A DNA stretch of 64,000 nt, taken from assembly GCF_037042905.1 (NCBI RefSeq), contig NC_087251.1, positions 15,192,001 to 15,256,000 on the forward strand, given 5' to 3'. This DNA comes from Lytechinus pictus. Its lineage: Eukaryota. Shown in pieces: positions 1 through 15,400 of the stretch. The notes under the pieces are model-generated. The model did no database searches. It saw only the letters and a program-made list of their open reading frames with translations, and had not been told where the DNA came from. The position numbers were made by a program, and so were the translations under genes. Within the stretch, counting starts at the first letter, position 1. Every line of letters starts with the position of its first letter.

Positions 1-1820
1 GAAATGTATTTGGAAAAGATTATGCTGTGCGAGATAATTACTGAAAGGGTTACTCATGAATTATTCACATAGCATTCAACTTTAATAAAAATTAATAAAA
101 GAGAGGGGCGAGTGGAGGGGGCAGAGAAAGTAAGGAGGGTAAAAAGGGAGGAAGAAAAAGAGAGAAAGAGTGGGAGAGGATGCAAGCGTGCTAATCAAAC
201 TCAAACAAGGGATTTTGTTCAATTTTCATTTCATTATGAATGCAAGATAAACCACAGTTAGAGTTGTTTAGACCAGATAATAAGTGGCCAATCAAAAGAA
301 GGATACCGCAATTGGAAAGTCGTGACCCGTCTGCAAATACAACCAGCATTCCAGCACATCAGTGTATATTATGGACCCTCTGTGCACCCATACTTTGTCA
401 ACTGGCAAATTTGTCATCGTCTGAATTGGTGCTGTTACTTGCGTAATGGCCAGGCATGGAGTAGATTCTCTCCCCAGGCCAGGCTAATAGCAGAATTAAA
501 GAAACAGATGTATCGAGGATTGGTCCATTTTAGATGCAATATCTTCCTCACATCCGCTCCATTCCAATCAATACCTCATCCATCTGGGCAAAGTAAAGTC
601 CAAGGCAGTACATCAAAAAAGTTTGTCTGTTTCTGTGAATAATATGTATCTGTCTAGATTTGCTGGATCCTTTAGATATGTTTTGTTATTACGAGAAAAC
701 CCCCAAACAATCAGTAACATCTGCTCTAGGATTGTTCTTCTTAACATTGGTTTTGTGGTTATTCTCATTCATTATGAATGAAGCTATGTCGGTCGATATT
801 TCATGTTCAATATAATTTTTTGTGTGTGCACAAAACTAACTTGGTATATGTTTTTAGAAAAAATTTCCTTGTGCAGGTGAAATTACAACTTATTGAAAAT
901 TAAGATAAATAATCAAGAAGTTTCAAACAAATTGATAGTTGACCACGATCTTGAATATTCCCCGGGAGTTTTTACCTGCATGCATTGGTTTTAAGGGTTA
1001 GCTTTGAGGTTAGGTTTTTGAATTTTGCTAAGTGTACATATTTACATTTGCAATAATTGGCATGAGCCCTTTGTGGCAGATAAATGAAATAGTTAATATG
1101 GGTAACTGAAAAACTCATTCATAAGTTGCAGTTGGAATCAAAGTAGTTGATATCTAGATCTAATGGAATATGGCTAGTAGACAATAAGCTTGTGGCTTTT
1201 GCTTTCATGCAATATTCATGAGAGTCGTTCCCTCTATGAGGAATATGATGCAACAATTCAACAATATCAGTGGAAGATACATGTATATTGTGTGCAGCGT
1301 ACTTGGGAAATATTATTTGGAATCAAGAGAAATGTCTTGATTTAAAAGGCTCTGAAAGCAATAATAACCATTATTCAATCAGCTTCGGGGCCCGATACAG
1401 AAATAATTGCAATCAAATGTAATTCAAGCAAAAACTTGTCTTGATTTTTCAATCAGAAGGGCAAATTTTAGACCTACATTTGGTTTATTTAGTTGCATTT
1501 TAACACAAATTTCTGCATGGGTCCTATGACCTGAGGAGAGAAGGAGGGGGAGAGTATAAGAGAGAGAGAGAGAGAGAGAGAAATAGAAACAGGTTGGTAA
1601 AAATTTCTTCCAAAGAACTCTACAAATCATAACTGGTCGTGAATCATGTATTATTATTTTTTTACTTCAAAGTTATGTTTTCCATTAATTCATCTGTAAC
1701 CAATGGATTTATGAAGAATTTATTGATGAAACAATTAAGTGACACATTTTCCTGTAAATAATATTATGGTGGCATGTAAAAAGGGACTGATACTTATTTT
1801 GTTCAGAGAGGGTATCACAA

Positions 1821-2207
1821 GAACCCATTCTCATTACCTTTTAACGTGTAATGAGAACGGTCAAAGAGGTCTTGGAAGCAACCTTCTAAACTGGTTTAAA
1901 AAAAAACCACCTCGCGATGTAGTTGTCAAGATCGCTTTGCCTTGTTAAACTGGTTATAGCGTGAGGACACAACCGTTCTTCTGGAAGTGATCTTCACCCA
2001 TGTTGTGTGTAGAATGCCTATGCTGCAGTTTCAAATTTCGCGGAAACTGAGAGCGCACCCACAGCAACAAGATTGCTTTTCATGAAGTGGTTTTGACAAC
2101 CACTTTCAGGTGATCAAAAGGGAATGCTAGCAAAGCGATCTTCCAAACTGGTTTCCTGAACCGGTTTCCAGTTAACTAGTTTTTAGGATTGTAATGAGAA
2201 CGGTGTC
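1821..2207. mobile_element. MITE-like non-autonomous DNA transposon
   Basis: Terminal inverted repeat acccattctcattac / gtaatgagaacggtgt; internal inverted aagatcgctttgc / gcaaagcgatctt; repeated aactggttt. Confidence 0.55.
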
Positions 2208-2479
2208 TAACCATAGTTTATTTGGGTTTATTTTGAATCCCTATAATTTTAAAGTGTGATATGGTCTCTAATTCTTTTATTGATCCTGTTTGCTCAAGAA
2301 ATGAAAATAACTTGGCATAGAAAATCTTGAAAAGAGGAAACTTGCAACTGGAGCATGAAGAAAGCAGTTTTCAATCAATGCTAGATCATTGATCATCTGG
2401 AGGCATGCGGTAGTGGGTAACTTGCGGAATGGCTCATGGTACTTGACATAGAGAGCGGAACACACTTCAAAATTTTAGC

Positions 2480-2790
2480 CAAACAGGCTGAAGAATAGAA
2501 ATGCATATTGAGAGGATGTGAAAAGTTTTATCGACCTGTTGCAAAAGGTATTGCAACATAACGGGATAGCTTCAGACACTTTGGGGGAGGTAAGCCAGGT
2601 ATGTATACGTTAGGGATGTATATTGAGAGGGTGTGTGAGTTTTATCAACCGCTTGTAAAAAATATTGCAAGAGGACAGCTTCTGATATTTTTAGGGGGCA
2701 GGTTTTAGCTAAACATGTTTCAGTGGAGAAGGTATACTGGAGGAATGTGGAAACTTATATTGACATATTACAAAAAATGTTATGTTAGCT
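2480..2790. repeat. Degenerate tandem repeat, 3 copies of ~114 bp
   Basis: atattgagagg...tttatc(g/a)acc...aaaa..tattgcaa recurs near 2506, 2620 and, more diverged, 2734. Confidence 0.55.
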
Positions 2791-5700
2791 CTAGAGTAAG
2801 CAGTGACTGCCGGAACTGTCCTGAATGGCTTCTAAACACTTCAGACCAATATTAAAAAATTTCCCGCACTGGATAGTGTTTGTGGATATGTTTAGTCACA
2901 TAAGAAACGGGAGAAGAAGGAGGATAGACAGAAGAAGAAAAAAATGAAGAAAGACAGAACAAGATGAGAAGTCAGAAAAGAAGAAGGAGAAATATTTCAC
3001 ATATATATAGCTTTTGATACGTCAGAATACCGTATCTAAGCTAGTGCTCTACAGATGTATTTTAACTCCACTCTTGTCTTCAGCATGTGTATGTAGTTCT
3101 AGTCTAATCACAGATTGAGGGGCTAGCTTCATGTGTCCATCATTCACACCTGAGGGGTCCCCTTAGGGACAGTTCTGTCTCTATTGTTTTCCCAGCTGTG
3201 AAATTATATATCGCCCTACAAAATCAAAAGCCGCAATTCAGAGGACCGCAGCAAAATGTCAAGATGGACGCATGTCGATTCATTGATTGGCCTTTGGAAG
3301 AAGAAGGCAGAGAGTGGGAAAGGCTATGTTTTGCAAATAAATTTTTATCTTCTAGGATAAGAATGTTTTCTTTAGAGATCATGTTTTCTTTAGATTGGTT
3401 TTTGGGATGGCACATTCTTTGCACAGCTTGTTCATTCCTTCTTGACTTCAAAAGTAAATTTGACAATACTTGCTTGCGGACTGCAGAAGATGAATTTAGT
3501 TATCATTAATACAGGTCATTTTGTCCATGCAACTCTTAAGCATGAAAACGTTGATTAGGGTTTGTACATTAATTTGTAATTTTGAGGAGTTAGAAGTGAA
3601 CTTATTGATGCAGAATAATCATCACAACTTGATTCATTGCAACATAGTAGTGAATGCCCTTTACTCAGCTTATTGGGGTTACATAATAGTTTTTGGAAAG
3701 GGGCAGAATGTTTTAATATAGTTTTGCCCTTCCAATTGAATGTCTAATCAGTATGTGTGGAGCCACTTTTCGTTACATACTACATGGATGTTTTGGTGAC
3801 TGAATGTATTATATGCAGAGAGTGTCCGTTTTGAGTTTATTTTCAAAGGGGAAAAACGCTAATGGTATTAGATCCTCTCTCTTACAAATCACTGAGGTAT
3901 TTATGGTTTGGTAACTGGAGATGCATTTTCAGAGTAAACAAGGAGATTCAGTTCTTTCCTTTCAAATCTTTCTGTCAGCTTATATATTTAGATTTCAAGA
4001 ATCAACTTTCTACCCTGTGAAGAAAGATGAGATGGTCATACATGGGCATTTTCACCACAGATGGATACAGAGGCAAAAAAATCAAATTGATATTTATGTC
4101 AAATGCTCTATGATTTTTAATAATACAAGACCTGAAGTTTCTGGGACAATTTTTTTTTCTGACTCTGGCAGCCATTTTCTATTTCAAAATGGCCGCCAAA
4201 GTATGGATACAAATTAGTGTTGAAAATTGTATATTGATACATATTTTGTTTTGACAGATTTTTAAAGAACAGGTTTGATCATGATGCTTTCCCCTGTGAT
4301 TTAGCTTGCGGCAATAGCACTTTATAAAATCCCATAGAAAGAAATGCCAGTAATTCATTTATCTGATAAAAAAATATTGATGAAGTATGTGATATGGTAT
4401 GTACCGTCAGTTACCAAAAACATGAACTTTTTTTCTCATTTCCCAGAAAAGAGGATATATTAAATGAAACTTTGTAGATTTCCTCCTTAGGTAACACCCT
4501 TCTACACCAAAATTAAAAATAATCAATGAACAATCAAGCCATAGGGTACCATTGAATATGTGTAACGTCAGTTACCAAGTGGAAAATGTAATGTCAGTTA
4601 CCGAGATGTAATGTCAGTTACCATGATAAACGTTGGTTACCAATACTGAAATGCAAATGTGGTCAATTTTATGGTGAAGAAATATTGTATACTTGTTATT
4701 TAAGTCTTTCACTTAGTTAAATTACTCCAGAAGGAGCTTGCTGTTGACTTTTAAAAGGTATAGTTCACAAGGAATACTATATAAAATTATGAAGGAAGTT
4801 GCATTCCAATCGTGCAAAAAAATTACTGTGAAATTGCATACACATGTGTACATGTACTTACCAAGTACCTGATTGTTTGTTTCAGACAAATATATATATT
4901 TTTTTCGGGGGGGGGGGGTTTTTCAAACCTATTGCCTAAATAAATGATAATCTTAACATTGTGATGAATGAGGGTTTCCAGGGCCCATTTTTTAGTTTCT
5001 AGGATTCTTTTGAGCATTGCCAGGCTAAAAGTTAATTCCAGGTTTTTATACCTGTTAGTAGTGTAGATGTGTGATACAATTTTTGTTTTTGGTTTACAAG
5101 TATAGATGAAAAGTGAAATTTGACTGTTCTGATCATGGATCTAAAACTGTGTCTTCTTTTTCTAATTTACAAATAGTTCAGTTTCAGTTTAGAAGCTGGA
5201 GTCCATTTTTTGTTGACAGCTTAAAAATAAATTAGCAAAGAGAATGATTAAACAAATTATGAAGAAAATTGAAATCCAACAGATATGAACAAGCATTGCT
5301 TGCACTGACCAGAATACAGATCAATAAAACTGCATGGCTACATGAGATTCGGGGGAGGGGTAGCCTAGGGGAGGAGACCCTTATTCATTTTGGCTTTTTT
5401 GAGGGGAGGGGGAGGTTGGAGAAGGAGAAGGTCTAAAACTTCAATATAAAACTAATGAATATATGTATTTCATCCTTCACATCTTGATCATAAGTTCCCT
5501 GATTTTCAAGTTCCTTGTATAAGCTTATATTTGAAACATGATCCCATTTACAAGGTCTCTCTGTTTTGTTGTTGCCAGTACAATATCTCATGTTTGGGCC
5601 CCATTATGTATTCCTGAGAATCAAGTTTCTAAGAATAAGGGTAAATTTCTGACAACTTTTATAATGATTTTTTGGTTATATTCTTTTATTGTCACAGGTA

Positions 5701-6165
5701 AATCGCATGATTCTCTGAGCAAGGTCTGTCAATGAATATTAAAAAAAGATCTAATGAAATCAGATAAAAGAAGAGAAAATTAATAAAATGTTAATGTATT
5801 ATGATTCAGAGGTATATTATACATAGAGTTAAAAACAAAGTAAAGGCATGTTCTCATGTTAAGTCAAAAAGAACTATTTTAAATGATTACATGAAATATG
5901 TTTGGAATAAGCTTACTTGAGAAAGAGATTGATCAATTAAGCATTTTGATAATCTTACCTGATGGTTGCTACATGTAGTCATGTATGCAAGTTACTCATT
6001 TAAGATCCAAAGAAATATATTGAAACCCTTGAAATTAGAGTGAAATATAATATGAATATCAATTCTTCAATGCAAGCCTTTGTTGTTATTATGGGGTTTG
6101 TTTGTATGAAACTACCAGACATCCTGCATGTTAAGAGTATTCAAATGCTTAACTTCCTTTATTGT

Positions 6166-6388
6166 GTCCATGATGGCTCAGAGGTGGGGCGTCGCCCCAT
6201 GAACGGGAGGTTGTAGGTTTGATTTCCGGCAGAATCGAAAGACCAAAGACTTATAAAAAATGGGGCCTTCTACCTTCTTGCTTGGCGCTCAGCATTTAGA
6301 TAGGAGAAGGGTAATAATAACATGTGTTATACAGGGCTCGCTCAAGAGCAGTCTTATGATTGCAGTGGCTACCCTGGGTAAATAAAAC

Positions 6389-6389
<1 letters not shown>
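6166..6389 (+). mobile_element. tRNA-derived SINE
   Basis: A-box-like tggctcagaggtgg, B-box-like ggtttgatttcc, LINE-type 3' end ctaccctgggtaaataaa running into an (ATT)n/(TAC)n tail. Confidence 0.7.
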
Positions 6390-7431
<1,042 letters not shown>

Positions 7432-7877
7432 AATTTAGATTAACCCATTGAGTACTGAATTCTCTCATTTCCATGTAGTCTTTGTACAGGGACCACTGGG
7501 TTCCAGTAGGCAACGGGTTGAACAGAATTGAGAGGGCTGGCTCATGGTGTTAAGTTTACCAAACAGAGAGATGTTTATCTCGTTATGATGAATTCAGCTT
7601 TAATGCGAACTTAGCATTTCTGATGACATTGATACTAGACATGAATATTAAAAGGCAAAGACAAGGGAAATTATTGTCAACATTATTCCTTAGATAAAGG
7701 TCATATATTGAATTTGTTGAGCAAAGAATACCTATCATATGAATTTCAGATTTCATCGGAGGCAGGAGAACATTTAATCTGTTATGCATTGCTTTGAAAT
7801 ACAAATGGGACCTATATAGGTTTATAGTGTGAAATTAATTCTGTTATCTAGAAATGGAGATATTACTTACATTACAC

Positions 7878-8087
7878 TTAAATGACAAGTCCACCTCAAC
7901 AAAAAGTTGATTCGAATAAAAAGAGAAAAAACAAACAAGCATAAACCAGAAAAAGAAAATAAGTAAAACTTTAAAATATCAAACCTATCTTATTTTACAT
8001 CCAATTTTGATTATATTTAAAAGCTATGATTGTTTTATTTTCTCTATTGATTTAAAGCACTTTTCTCTTGGGTGGACTTAATCTTAA
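7878..8087. mobile_element. Internally deleted copy of the Kolobok-like MITE family
   Basis: Ends ttaaatgacaagtccacc ... gggtggactt match the element at 62906..63496. Confidence 0.65.
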
Positions 8088-8255
8088 ACATTGAATATGC
8101 ACAGTAATTTTGGTCACACAAATATAGCATGAGTGGACTGCAGTGCAATAATCTTGCCATGAAAGATGTGAAATAATTTTGTTATAAGTATTTTGATTAG
8201 GATCTGATAAATGAGAGGTATACTGAATCTTCCCAGTGTATAATCAACAACATCA

Positions 8256-8651
8256 GGGCCCTGTGGCATAAAAAGTTACTATTAAAGTAACTTTGCCATC
8301 CATCAGTAACTTTCATGAAATCCTTGACATTGATTGGCTGTTAATAATAATAATAGTTATAATAATATGCAACATTTATATAACGCTTAATACTAATGTT
8401 TCTAAGCGCTTCATATTATTACCCCAGCTTTAGCAGGGCTAACCTGATCATGCGTTCGGGCATTTGAAGAATTCCATCCTGCCAGGTACCCATTTTCTAC
8501 ACCTGGGTGAAGAGTGGCAAATGTAGATAAACGCCTTGTCAAAGGATGCGAGTGCTGTGGTAGGATTTGAACTATGTTGAGCCATGTTATCATGATAGTT
8601 GCCATTGGATGACAAAGTGACCACGATAGTAGCTTTTATGCAATGGGCACC
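8256..8651. mobile_element. Short MITE interrupted by a minus-strand SINE fragment (~8343..8572)
   Basis: Inverted ends gggccctgtggcataaaaagttactat / atagtagcttttatgcaatgggcac; inner segment is the reverse complement of the SINE core cacccaggtgt..aatgggtacc seen near 13873. Confidence 0.6.
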
Positions 8652-11250
8652 TGATTGTTTTCAGACAAAATAGAAGTTGCAAACTATCAACTTAGATCAC
8701 CCTTTGCACAGACTGCATGGATGGCCGAGTGCAACTTTATGGTATTCCCTGTCTTGTGAAATGATAGATATCATGTTAAGTAACTACTAACTTGGCTTAT
8801 AAAGCTGTGACTTTTCCTGTCTGCCAAAAAGGATTGCAATAATCAAATTTTCAGCTGAATTCATTTTCAATTCTGAACAAAGTTGTGGATTACCTTTAAT
8901 GGTAACTTTGCTCTCAGGGTTAGCATTCGTGGAAACCTTGAATTTCCATTGTCTGGTTTGCAACATTACTAATGAATTTCATGCAGTAATTTTCAAGGAC
9001 AGACACAAGCTACAACCATAATAGAGATGAATGTTATAAATATATTCCCTATCAGTGAGAGACAGAGAAAGAGAATGAGATAGCAAGCAAGAAAGAAAGA
9101 CAAAAATATTGGCTGAATGGAAATTTTATACTTGAAGTCCTATATGTTCATATCTTTGTTAGATATATCAAGTGAGTATTGTAAAAAAAAAAACCATTGC
9201 CCTTTCCATGAAAATAAATTGTTCATTATTTTTGCACATGAGAAATCAAATTGTAATTGTTATCTAGTCTTCATTTATTTGACAGTGGGGGCTATGCCTA
9301 ACATCTAGGTAATAGATTTTTCTAGACGTAGGAAATGAGAGAGAAATACTGCTTTCATGAAAATTCATCAAATATTTACAAAGTCTAATTTTTTACACTT
9401 TGATACAGTGACATTAATTGTAAGCTGTTTTCCGATATGTTGTATACCATAGATTACTCTTTTTCTGTCCATGATAAGTGAATAAGTTTCTTTTTCTTCT
9501 CATAAACATTTTTAAATGTACATGTGTATTTAGTAAATCAAAATAATGAAATCATCTGAAAAAATGACACTTTATATTACTAGCCAGACAGTACACCTTA
9601 TACAGGAGATTGGTCACATATATTCACAAAAATAAAATTACTTTAATTTGATTCATTTTTGTCAAAATCAGTTATGAATATTTTAGTTTCTTTCTTTTTC
9701 CTGCTTTAATGAGAACCAACTTTATGTCAGCTTGGTATTTCCCTTCAAATATGATTTTGTAAAATCCCTTGGTACATAACCTTCTGATAAGTGATGTTCA
9801 TGATTAATTCAATGGTTATCCCCTATAGATAATGATCTCTGCCATTACATCACCATATAAATGATTTTAGTGTGGTGTATTGCGAGATGTTTTTGATAAC
9901 ACAGACTGCTACTTTCACAGCTATGGCATGTACTGTAGGATAAAACAATGCTTAAGAAAAGCTGTTGAAGCGCCAAACGAAGACCAAATGCTGGAAAGCG
10001 AGGCATTAGCATGTCGAACAGTTGTTTTCACTGGATAATGAGATCAGTGGCCGATCTGCCCCCCAGGCCTGCGAGGGGAGCGCAAGGCTGGTTGCAGATG
10101 AGTCTAGCTCACAAGGGGCCCCTCTCCATCTAGAACAGTAGGATGTAGTATGTTGTTGTGTGTACGATATGATGAGTGAGTGTGTGAGGGTATGTGTGTG
10201 GATCTTAGGAGGGTGGGGTACCTGGCACAAGAAGAAATGAAATTTATGGGGGGATGTTTATCATTTTACTCTTGTTTATTTTCTTGATTGATAGAATAGC
10301 TAAAAAAATAAAAAAGGGGCTACTTCCATTAGAATAAATGAAATTAGGTTATAAATCTTGTCTACATGGGAACAAGAAAGTACCGCCCCTTTCCATACTT
10401 ACAGGAATGACTTATTTCAATAGTCAATGGGTTCATGCCATAAGTTGTTCAGCCATTTCCTTTTAAAAGATGATATATTAGGCCTTATCTATTGAAAAAA
10501 ATAAAGTAAAAATGTTATAGTGATGTGAAGAGATGATTTTGATTGGCACTGTTAAAAACCAATCAACATCAACAACAAGACTGAAGTTCACCCTGACGAA
10601 AAGTTGATTTTAATAAAAACATAAATATTAGACACAACACAGAAAGCAAATGTAAAAGCCCACATACATGCTTCTGATTGCTTGAAAATCAAGATGACTT
10701 TAATTTTTAAAGTTATGTTTTTTGGCAATGCTTCTTCAACGGGCGTCAGGAATGTAGAAAACAACATTTCTCACCCAAGATAGTATCTGATAAGATGGAC
10801 TTCCTTTCAACATGGTGTGGTAGATTTAATCTTTTAAGATAGAGGTCGTGGTTTACTCTGGATATTACTTGATTATCCTGTCATTTAACATCAACAACAA
10901 AAAGACCCCCCCCCCCTTTATTTTAGATATTTAGGTATGTTTTTTTCTTCATTACTGTAACCTTTACACATATTTTCTATTTTAATCAAGTGACTGTTTA
11001 CTACATGTTCATCCTCTACCAGTCTCATTAATTCCAATGAATGTGCAAATCAATACTAACCTCTCCACTGTTTATCAAGGTGTTCATTCTTTTATATTCA
11101 TATCCCTCTCTTTGTATATGTTTACAATGAAATGAAAATGTCAAGGATGCAAAAGCGCCTTTTTATTACATTATAAATTTTAATTTGAATGTCAGTTAAT
11201 GTTGAAAAAAGTTGTTTATATGTATTCTATATTATAACTTCATAGATTCT

Positions 11251-11874
11251 AATGTCAAGTCCACCCCAGAAAAAAAATGTTGATTTGAATCAATAGAGAA
11301 AAACCCAAACAAGCATAACACTGAAATTTTCATCAAATCAGATGTAAAATAAGAAAAGTTATGACATGTTAAAGATTCCCTTATTTTTCACAAAATAGTT
11401 ATATGCACAACTCAATGACAAGTTATATGCACAACTCAATGACATGCAAATGAGAGACTTGATGATGTCCCTCTCACAATTTCTTTAGTTCTTTATTGTT
11501 TGAATTATGCAATATTTCACTTTTTACAGATATGACAATAAGGACTAACTTGATTGAACCATAAAATGTTCAAACAATGGAAATTCTACATGTTCAAAGA
11601 GGAATACAACTTTCTTTCACATTACAATAGAGAGAAAATGAGAGTGTATAGTATTTCATATAATGAAATACAAAGAAATAGTGAGTGGGTGACGTCACCA
11701 GTCCCCTCATTTGCATTCCAACCTGGATGTGCATATACTGTATTGTGAAATTAAGTGAAACTTAAAAATACTTACTTTACTCCGATTTTGATGAAATTTT
11801 CAGTGTTACACTGTTTGCTTTTTCTCTTTTTATTCAAATAAACTTTGTTGGGGGGGGGGGGAACTTGTCATTAA
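11251..11874. mobile_element. Kolobok-like MITE (diverged full-length copy)
   Basis: Colinear with 62906..63496 over its length; ends caagtccacccca ... gggggaacttgtcattaa. Confidence 0.8.
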
Positions 11875-12361
11875 TATATGGACATTGTGAATGTCAAGTT
11901 TATATTGAAGTTTTTGATATTTTTCATTTCATCATATGACATACCTTGGGGCAATTTCTGTCCATTAGTAATAAGAAAATATTATTTTTTATGGATTTTG
12001 CATCTCACCAGATTTTCTGTTGTCTGGATTATGTTGTCTTTCTTATATTTTACTTCCCCTTTCTCATTCTCTAATCTTCTCTCTTTCTCGGTCTATTTAC
12101 ACATCTATACTCCTCCTTTTGTCTCTTCTATTTCTGATCCCATTTCCTGTCTCTTTTATTCAATTAATTCTTTCCCTTTCTTCCTTTTTGTCTTTGCTTT
12201 CTCTGTCTTTCATGTTTTTAAAATTCTGTTCCTTCTTGTGTTTTGTTTTCATGAATTTCTATTCATTACGCTGTAAAAATATTGAATCTTCAATTTTGTA
12301 ACTCTCTTGCCTCCTTACTGTCATATTTGTTCTCCATTTCTTTTGACTTTCATCTTGGTAG

Positions 12362-12461
12362 GATTCCTCAACGGTCTGGACACCCTGAGATTCTCCAGGG
12401 GCCACATGGATGAGTTCCTGACGGTTCCACCAGTCGGATGCAAGGACGATGACAACATCAG
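12362..12461 (+). CDS. RYR: RyR exon (N-terminal domain, start of MIR region)
   Basis: tag|...|gtaatc; (G)[33 protein letters not shown]; phase 1-2. Confidence 0.9.
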
Positions 12462-15400
12462 GTAATCCGCCACGTGACTCATGGGATATGTATACCAACC
12501 CTCCAAGCGAGGGCCTCCTATAGTAGCCCCTCTCTGCCAAGCATTTGATCAAAACCTGTTTTGACCTTTTACTCAGTGGGATAGACATGTAACGCCATAA
12601 CCTTTCGGCAATGTGACAGTCACCTAGATATCTGTCGCAATTATTCTTCCTAAAGTTCTAGAATTGACACTTCCTGATATTTGTTTTCATCCTCGGGGAA
12701 TCACCAAATCCTTTCCATAATCCTTTTGATATAGTCTAATGTGTTTGCCTACAGACATTCATTGTTACTATACTGTATTCCAAAGCAACCCTCTTGTCTT
12801 TAAGCTACAACTAGTCATCCTAATTGCCTAGTTATACATGATAATGTAGTTCTTTATTTTTCATATAAAGTTATAAAAAAAATCACACACAAATTGATGT
12901 GGTGATTGTATTTGGAGCTACAACTGAATGTTTAAAGGCGTTCTTAACATCCTTCTTTGACCCTAATTTGTTTTTATAATCCTTTGAAATGTTTAATAAT
13001 TCTTTTATAATTTAGTTTGTCAATAACCCCCCCCCCCCATATATCGTTTAAGAATGATTAGAAAAAATTATCATGCGACAGCAGCAATGAGAACATCTCC
13101 AAGTTACATGTATATTTATTTCTATCTGGTTTATTTTTTTCATCATGGATATAAAAAGGGATGATGCCATATCCCTCTTCAAAGTGCATAGGTATGACAA
13201 CTATTATCATTCTATGGTGGAAATGACGATATCTTGACAGTTTGGATGCTACTTTTATCTATTACTGTTGTGAGGTTGGATATGCTGTATTATTATTATC
13301 TATACAAAGTGTTTTGTCATCAAAATAATTTTCCATACTTTCTGTACTTTCTGTAGATCTTTACAAGAGAAAAATTGAATAAATTTAAGTAGTATTTATC
13401 AATTGTAGGTCTTATTTGTGATTTTAATTATGAGCAAATTATGTGCAAATTGTGGTTGTTACTAAAATTATTCTAGTTATTAAAGTGTTCCTGGAGACTC
13501 TCCTTTGATTGAATAAATGATTTCTGAAGGTGATAATAATATGTAGAAACACTTTGGTAGATTTTTCTTTATCAGAAAGTATGTAATGTACATACAACAA
13601 ATTATCATTATTTTTATTTGTTGATGAAAGTAATTTGATGTTTTTGATATAATGCAACTGATGTTATGTTTTCAATCATTTTTGTTACAGTGAGGTGGCT
13701 TATGAGACAGGCTCAGTGGCCCAGTATGCAAGGTCCCTATGGAGAACCGAACTCATCTTGAAAAAGTAAGATTTCGTTTCCACCTATGTGAGTGAAACGT
13801 GGAAGCGTCGTGGTGTAGCGGCTCTGACTCTCGCCTTGAAATCAGAGGGTCGTGCACACTTTGCGACTCTCCACCCAGGTGTTAAATGGGTACCCAGTAG
13901 GATGCAAAAGCCTATGAAGTATGCCTAGCAATTGAGTCTTGGAACTCTTGTTAGAATGCTTACCGGGGTAATAATATGTACATGTAATGCACTTAGAGAC
14001 ACAATGCAATAAGCGCTATATAAATATTATTTATAACACATTCTAATTTTTTTTTCATTTTTTATTTTAGGATTTAGAACAAATCCAGATCTATGGCTTT
14101 GCTGGGTGACCAGCTGAAGCTTTTATTCAATTTAACTCTTGAGTATTTATTAGTCAATCTCAAAGCATCTAAATTCAAATCTAAATCCACTAAATCCATT
14201 GTAAAGCAGATCACTGATAACTCCAGTCAGGATTTATTTTAAGTCCATGAAATGTAGAGTGTGACATAACCTTAAAAATTATTGCAAGGGTTTCAGTATC
14301 AATATTTCTGAAGCATATGTATTTTTTTATTATTTATTACTTTGACTGAGGAAGAAACCTGAAAGAAATAAAAAATACTTTTTTTCTTGTTTGTGATTTT
14401 TTTATGTATAAGAATGAAAATTTTAAAAATATCTGAAACTTGAACTATGGTGTTACTTTCCATTGCCATAGGCTTTTCTGCTATGTCAATAATTTCTGTA
14501 TCTTGTCATGAAACCTGATACAAAGGGTTTCTTATTCAGCATACTCTAAGGGTGTATGAATTCAATTAGATTAAGGACTAGAGTTGTGTTATATTACATT
14601 TAAATAAATTGTTTTAATTTTACAAAGTGTTTCATTTTCTCAAATATTTAATTTGTATAAGTGTTTGGATCTTGGTTTCTCTTACTAAACTTGGCCCTTG
14701 ACCTATGTGTTTTGTTACAGCTATACTCTATCACAAGGTAGTGGATCAACAAACAGTCATATTTCTTAGCAATATTACTTTGATGAATAATTTCTTTATA
14801 TCTTTGGGTTTTTTTTATAGGGTGTCAGTAATATCATATTGGGTGTCCTTTTACTCTTACCCTTCTCTTTTCTTCATTTTGCTGTCTTTGTCTGTAAAAG
14901 ATCTTTAAAAAGGAAATCCACTTTTATTGATTGGAAATTGTGATACTTTGAAACCCTGACTGTGATTGGCTGCTTAGCCCTGTTACATTGATGATTACCA
15001 CAATGTTTGAATCATCATAATCATGAGTCCTTTAAAATGAAACAGGCCCCTGATGCTGCCTCAACCCCCCCCCCTCCTCTCTTTCTCTATCTTTTCCTTC
15101 CTCTCTGCTTCATTTGTTTTTATGTCTACCCTCTTTTGTTTTAGTTAATTTTCTCCACTTTTTCATCATCCAGGTGGAATGGTAGCTATGTATCATGGGG
15201 CCAGCCTTGCAGGATACGCCATCTCACGTCTGGTAAGTACATTTTCATTCTTTTCAAGAAAATGATCTCTTAACAATACGTCGGCTTCCCGTAAGAAGGG
15301 ACTTAAGGGTAATTTTGACGATTATTTATTTTATTATGCACTTTTTAATTTGCTGGTATTTTTTAGTTTTACTTGAAATTTTGAAATAAAGTTTGCATCA

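Noticed and set aside
6166..6240. tRNA gene (also 13801..13855)
   Set aside because: Only degenerate A/B boxes, no cloverleaf, followed by SINE body and tail.
11878..12301. Hydrophobic F/L/S-rich ORFs resembling membrane proteins (also 44302..44778, 47220..47677, 52372..52662)
   Set aside because: Arise from pyrimidine-rich intronic low-complexity sequence; no splice or homology support.
14071..14105. Strong acceptor ttttattttag followed by a possible gtgacc donor
   Set aside because: Immediate in-frame TAG in the required phase and a weak donor.
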